A DNA stretch of 32,884 nt from an uncultured cyanobacterium. Its GTDB lineage: Bacteria; Cyanobacteriota; Cyanobacteriia; Leptolyngbyales; Leptolyngbyaceae. The stretch covers positions 1-32,884 of the forward strand of contig CAVYAN010000028.1 of NCBI GenBank assembly GCA_963766075.1, in the 5' to 3' direction. Shown here piece after piece: positions 29,273 to 32,884 of this stretch; the first letter of the stretch is position 1, and every line of letters starts with the position of its first letter. Below the pieces are notes generated by a model. It had not been told where the DNA came from. It did no database searches and was given only the letters and a program-made list of their open reading frames with translations. Position numbers and translations under genes: made by a program.

Positions 29273-31636
29273 ATGAGCTACTGCATTAACCCCAGATGTG
29301 ACCATCGAGCCAATGCAGAGACTGCCGACCATTGCCAAACCTGTGGCACCCCCCTATGGATTAACGGGCGTTACCGAATCGTGCGATCGCTCCTGCCCGA
29401 CGAGCATCCCTACACCGAAGTCTTTGAAGTTTGCGATCGTCAAGAACCAGACACCCCCAAAGTCCTGAAGACCCTCAAATCCGACAACACCCAAATCCTC
29501 AGCCTATTCCAACAGGAGCAGGAAATCCTGCTGCGCCTCCACCATCCCGGAATCCCCAAAGGCGAGGCCATCCTTATCCTGCCGCTGCCCCAGAGCGAAC
29601 CCCTCCAGGGCTTGGTCATGGAGCGCATCGACGGCATAAACCTGGAACAGTGGCTGCACCACCATGGCCCCATCAGCGAGGCCCAAGCCCTAGACTGGTT
29701 GGCGCAACTGGCGACAATTCTCAATGCCATCCATGGGGATAATTTTTTCCATCGGGATATCAAACCGTCCAACATCATGCGGCGCAGCAACGGCAAGCTC
29801 GTGCTGATCGACTTTGGCACCGCTCGCTACTACAGCGAAACCCTCGTCAATGGCCACTCGGCCACCGTCGTGGTCAGCTATGGCTACACCGCCCCCGAAC
29901 AGCTTCAGGGCTATCCCGTGCAGCAGTCGGACTTTTACGCCCTGGGACGTACCATCATCCATCTGCTGACGGGCATCCATCCCCGCGACGCCGCTCCCTT
30001 TGCCCAGCAGTGGACCCAGACCAAGGCCAAATTGTCTAAGCCCCTGGTTACCTTGCTGGATCGCCTCGTCGCCCTGGATACGACCCAGCGGCCTCGCCAT
30101 GCCCAAACGATTTTGCAAACCGTGCGCCGGATCGGGAAGCCGTCTCCGCCGTGGCAATGGTGGCTGGTGCCCATCGTGGGGGCGGGCATGCTGGGATGGT
30201 GGCTCGGTAAACATGGCGTCATGGAATGGGCGATCGCCCAAGTGATTCCGCCCCCAGCCTGCACAGGGCAAATTGGCGATCACCTCAGTTGTGGCGAGGA
30301 GATTCTGACCCCGAATGTTGCCCTGCCGGAAAAGCGGGCGGGGGTAAAAGCGTGGCGGACCGGACGCTACAACGAAGCCCTGACCTGGTTTAATAAGTCC
30401 CTGGCCCTGCGCAAGAATGACCCAGAGACATTGATTTATCGTAACAATGCCTTGATTGCGACAAAGGGCATAAATAACGCTAAAACAATTGGCGTGGTTG
30501 TGCCTTTGAATGCACCCGATGAAACATCTTCTAGTGGATTAGAAATGCTGCGAGGCGTCGCCCAAGCCCAGGATGAAGCCCTGAAAAAGAATCAACCCAT
30601 CAAGATTTTAATTGGAGATGATGCCAACGAACCGGACCAAGCGAAGGAAGTGGCAACTACCTTGGTGCAAAAGCGCGAAATTATCGCTGTGATTGGCCAT
30701 TATGCCAGTGAAGTCACCCTAGCGGTGATTCAAACCTACCAAGAGGGCAAGCTGGTGATGTTGGCTTCGACCAGCACGTCCACGAATTTGAGTTCCTGGG
30801 GAAACCGACCTGGCCATGTCTTCTTTCGGACGGTGCCGACCACCCAGCAATCGGCCCAAAAACTGATGGGTTATCTCATGGCGACGGCTCCCCGATTCTC
30901 GGTGGCGGTGTTCTATAACCATCAAAGTGACTTTAGCCGATCGCTGCGGGAGCAGTTTGTCTTGAGTTTTCCGAACCAACAGCAGGTAGTGGAGCGGCCC
31001 GAATTTGATCTGGCCCGCGATTCGTTCGATCCGGTAGCGGCGCTCAAAATGGCCGATCAGCTTGGGGCAAAGGCGATCGCAGTGTTCCCCGATGGCCACA
31101 CCCATCCCTACGCCTTCCAGAACGCCCTGAACTTGATCCGCACCAGCCAAAACCAGCGGCTTATTCTGACGGGCGCTGGGCCGGATAATCAGGAGGCCCT
31201 AAAGCGTTTGATTTTGGGCGGGAATCCGCTGTATGACGCGGAAACCCTGACAAAGCTGGGCGAGCTGAGCTTGCAACGCCTCGTGATCTTCGTTCCCTGG
31301 CATGCCACCGACAACCCGAGCTTTGCGGCGGCAGCCCGGGCGTACTGGCAAGGCGATGTCAACTGGCGCACCGCGACGAGCTATGATGCGGCCCAGGTCT
31401 TAATCACGGCCTTTGCCCAGAACCCGCAGGATCGGACGGCGGTGCAAAAAATTTTGGCGGATCCCGAGTTTGTCACCCCAAAGGCGCAGGCAGCCACGGG
31501 AGAAATTCGGTTTCGCGGCGGCGATCGCGTGGAGGCGATCGCCACGTTGGTGAAGGTGGTGCCGCGCTGCGGGCGATCGGGCTACGCATTTATCCCGGCG
31601 ACGGATCCCGCCCCATGCCTGGGGCTGAGGTTCTAA
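29273..31636 (+). CDS. Ser/Thr protein kinase fused to a TPR-like segment and a branched-chain amino-acid-type periplasmic binding domain
   Basis: MSYCINPRC...CQTCG (4-Cys prefix), VLKTL, HRDIKPSN, LIDFG, YTAPEQ, SDFYALG; TM WWLVPIVGAGMLGWWL; DPETLIYRNNA; LRGVAQAQ, AVIGHYAS, FFRTVP, WRTATSYDA. Confidence 0.92.
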   Translation: MSYCINPRCDHRANAETADHCQTCGTPLWINGRYRIVRSLLPDEHPYTEVFEVCDRQEPDTPKVLKTLKSDNTQILSLFQQEQEILLRLHHPGIPKGEAILILPLPQSEPLQGLVMERIDGINLEQWLHHHGPISEAQALDWLAQLATILNAIHGDNFFHRDIKPSNIMRRSNGKLVLIDFGTARYYSETLVNGHSATVVVSYGYTAPEQLQGYPVQQSDFYALGRTIIHLLTGIHPRDAAPFAQQWTQTKAKLSKPLVTLLDRLVALDTTQRPRHAQTILQTVRRIGKPSPPWQWWLVPIVGAGMLGWWLGKHGVMEWAIAQVIPPPACTGQIGDHLSCGEEILTPNVALPEKRAGVKAWRTGRYNEALTWFNKSLALRKNDPETLIYRNNALIATKGINNAKTIGVVVPLNAPDETSSSGLEMLRGVAQAQDEALKKNQPIKILIGDDANEPDQAKEVATTLVQKREIIAVIGHYASEVTLAVIQTYQEGKLVMLASTSTSTNLSSWGNRPGHVFFRTVPTTQQSAQKLMGYLMATAPRFSVAVFYNHQSDFSRSLREQFVLSFPNQQQVVERPEFDLARDSFDPVAALKMADQLGAKAIAVFPDGHTHPYAFQNALNLIRTSQNQRLILTGAGPDNQEALKRLILGGNPLYDAETLTKLGELSLQRLVIFVPWHATDNPSFAAAARAYWQGDVNWRTATSYDAAQVLITAFAQNPQDRTAVQKILADPEFVTPKAQAATGEIRFRGGDRVEAIATLVKVVPRCGRSGYAFIPATDPAPCLGLRF

Positions 31637-31765
31637 TATCATCGAATCCGCACGGGGATGTCCTGAGAAGATGTCCTGATGATGAGTTGCGGTGCATTTG
31701 AGGGTTTGCCCATTAAGATATCTAAAGCATCTCGATCGCTCAAGCATCCCTTGTCGCCGTACCGC

Positions 31766-32884
31766 ATGACCTCGACTCTCATTCCTTCAACTCCCATTTC
31801 TTCAACGTTGTCTGCCGCGCCCTCCTTATCCGGTGCGCCGCGCCTGAATGCTCCCACTGTGCATCGTCTGGCCAATGGATTGACGATTATTGCGGAGCGC
31901 ATGCCCGTCGCTGCTGTGAATTTGGATTTGTGGTTACCCGTGGGTTCAGCGGTGGAAGCCGATCCGATCAACGGTATGGCGCACTTTCTAGAGCACATGA
32001 TTTTTAAGGGCACGGCCCGACTCCACAGCGGCGAGTTTGAGCGCCGGATTGAGGCGCGGGGTGCTCGGACCAATGCGGCGACCAGTCAGGATTACACCCA
32101 TTACTACATCACTACGGCTCCCCAGGATTTTGCCGATCTGGCCCCATTGCAATTGGATGTGGTGCTGAATCCTACTATTCCCGAGGCTGGGTTTGAGCGA
32201 GAACGGCAGGTGGTGCTGGAGGAAATTCGGCGATCGCAGGACAATGCCCGCCACCGGGTTTTTCAGCACACCAGTCAACTCACCTTTGAGCGGCTGCCCT
32301 ACCGCCGCCAAGTGCTGGGGTCCGCCTCGGTGATTAAACAATTGACGGCGCAGCAAATGCGGGACTTTCACCGCCACTGGTATCAGCCTGCGGCCATGAC
32401 GGCGGCGGTGGTGGGGGATCTGCCTGTCGATCAGTTAATTCGGATTGTGGAAGAGAGTGCCACCCATGCGGGTCTGCCCGGAGTGGGAGCATGCAAACCC
32501 GCGGCCTGTAACCCTGGGGCCAGTCCCAGCCTTGGGGATGCCGCCTATCCCCCGCCAGCCCTCCACCCGCCCGAAGTACCGTTTACCCACATTTGCCGCT
32601 GTGAGGTGACGGATGCGACGCTGCAACAGGCCCGATTGATTATGACTTGGCGGGTGCCGGGATTGATGGAGATGGCGGATACCTATGCCCTGGATGTGTT
32701 GGCCTCAGTATTGGCCCAGGGGCGCACCGCTCGCTTAGTCAAGGATCTGCGGGAACAGCGAGGGCTAAGTGCTCGGGGATTTCGGCGAGCAACATGAACT
32801 ATGTGCATCAAGGGGCCTTCTCCATTTCGGTCCAGTTGCCCGTTGCGCATTTAGCGGTGGTGGAAGCGGCGATAGCAATCAGTT
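31766..32884 (+). CDS. M16 (pitrilysin) family zinc protease (partial; frameshifts near 32770-32780)
   Basis: LANGL, GMAHFLEHMIFKGT (HxxEH), NAATSQDYTHY, ERQVVLEE. After two extra bases it continues ISASNMNYVHQGAFSISVQL to the window end. Confidence 0.9.

Larger units (their letters stand above)
1..32884. repeat. HIP1 octamer GCGATCGC dispersed throughout
   Basis: Many copies in coding and intergenic DNA, e.g. near 380, 1150, 2393, 8125, 26113 and 26152. Confidence 0.95.

Noticed and set aside
27021..31150. Long antisense ORFs within murA and the kinase gene (and similar ones elsewhere)
   Set aside because: Shadow ORFs expected from codon bias of the real genes on the opposite strand.

Overview
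Cyanobacterial chromosomal window, mostly core genome; the HIP1 octamer GCGATCGC is abundant throughout. Order: manC (partial), a SpoVK/CbbX-type AAA+ ATPase, an SH3 protein, ycf46, yceD and ndhN (all minus). Then a complete cyanoexosortase A module (PEP-CTERM substrate, crtA, associated protein, HpsJ-like protein) converging on a MacAB-like ABC exporter. Then a hypothetical protein, a DUF39 homocysteine-synthesis enzyme, ndhO, mdh, a Psb35-related small protein, sigF, DUF2808, an SLH porin, gloA, ppc, tRNA-Leu(CAG), murA, a Ser/Thr kinase-periplasmic binding protein fusion and an M16 peptidase (partial). At least six conserved genes carry frameshifts, mostly single extra bases, which look like sequencing errors rather than pseudogenes. 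I found no transposase, integrase, CRISPR array or defence island, and cannot support a clearly new multi-gene system. The best leads are regulatory or structural: a probable ATT start codon in murA, four phased HLR1-like half-sites before the Psb35-related gene, two loop-less palindromes plus tandem repeats between the PEP-CTERM gene and crtA, a duplicated motif inside an inverted repeat upstream of ppc, and an unusual domain architecture in the AAA+ ATPase. All family assignments are from motif recognition, not database searches.
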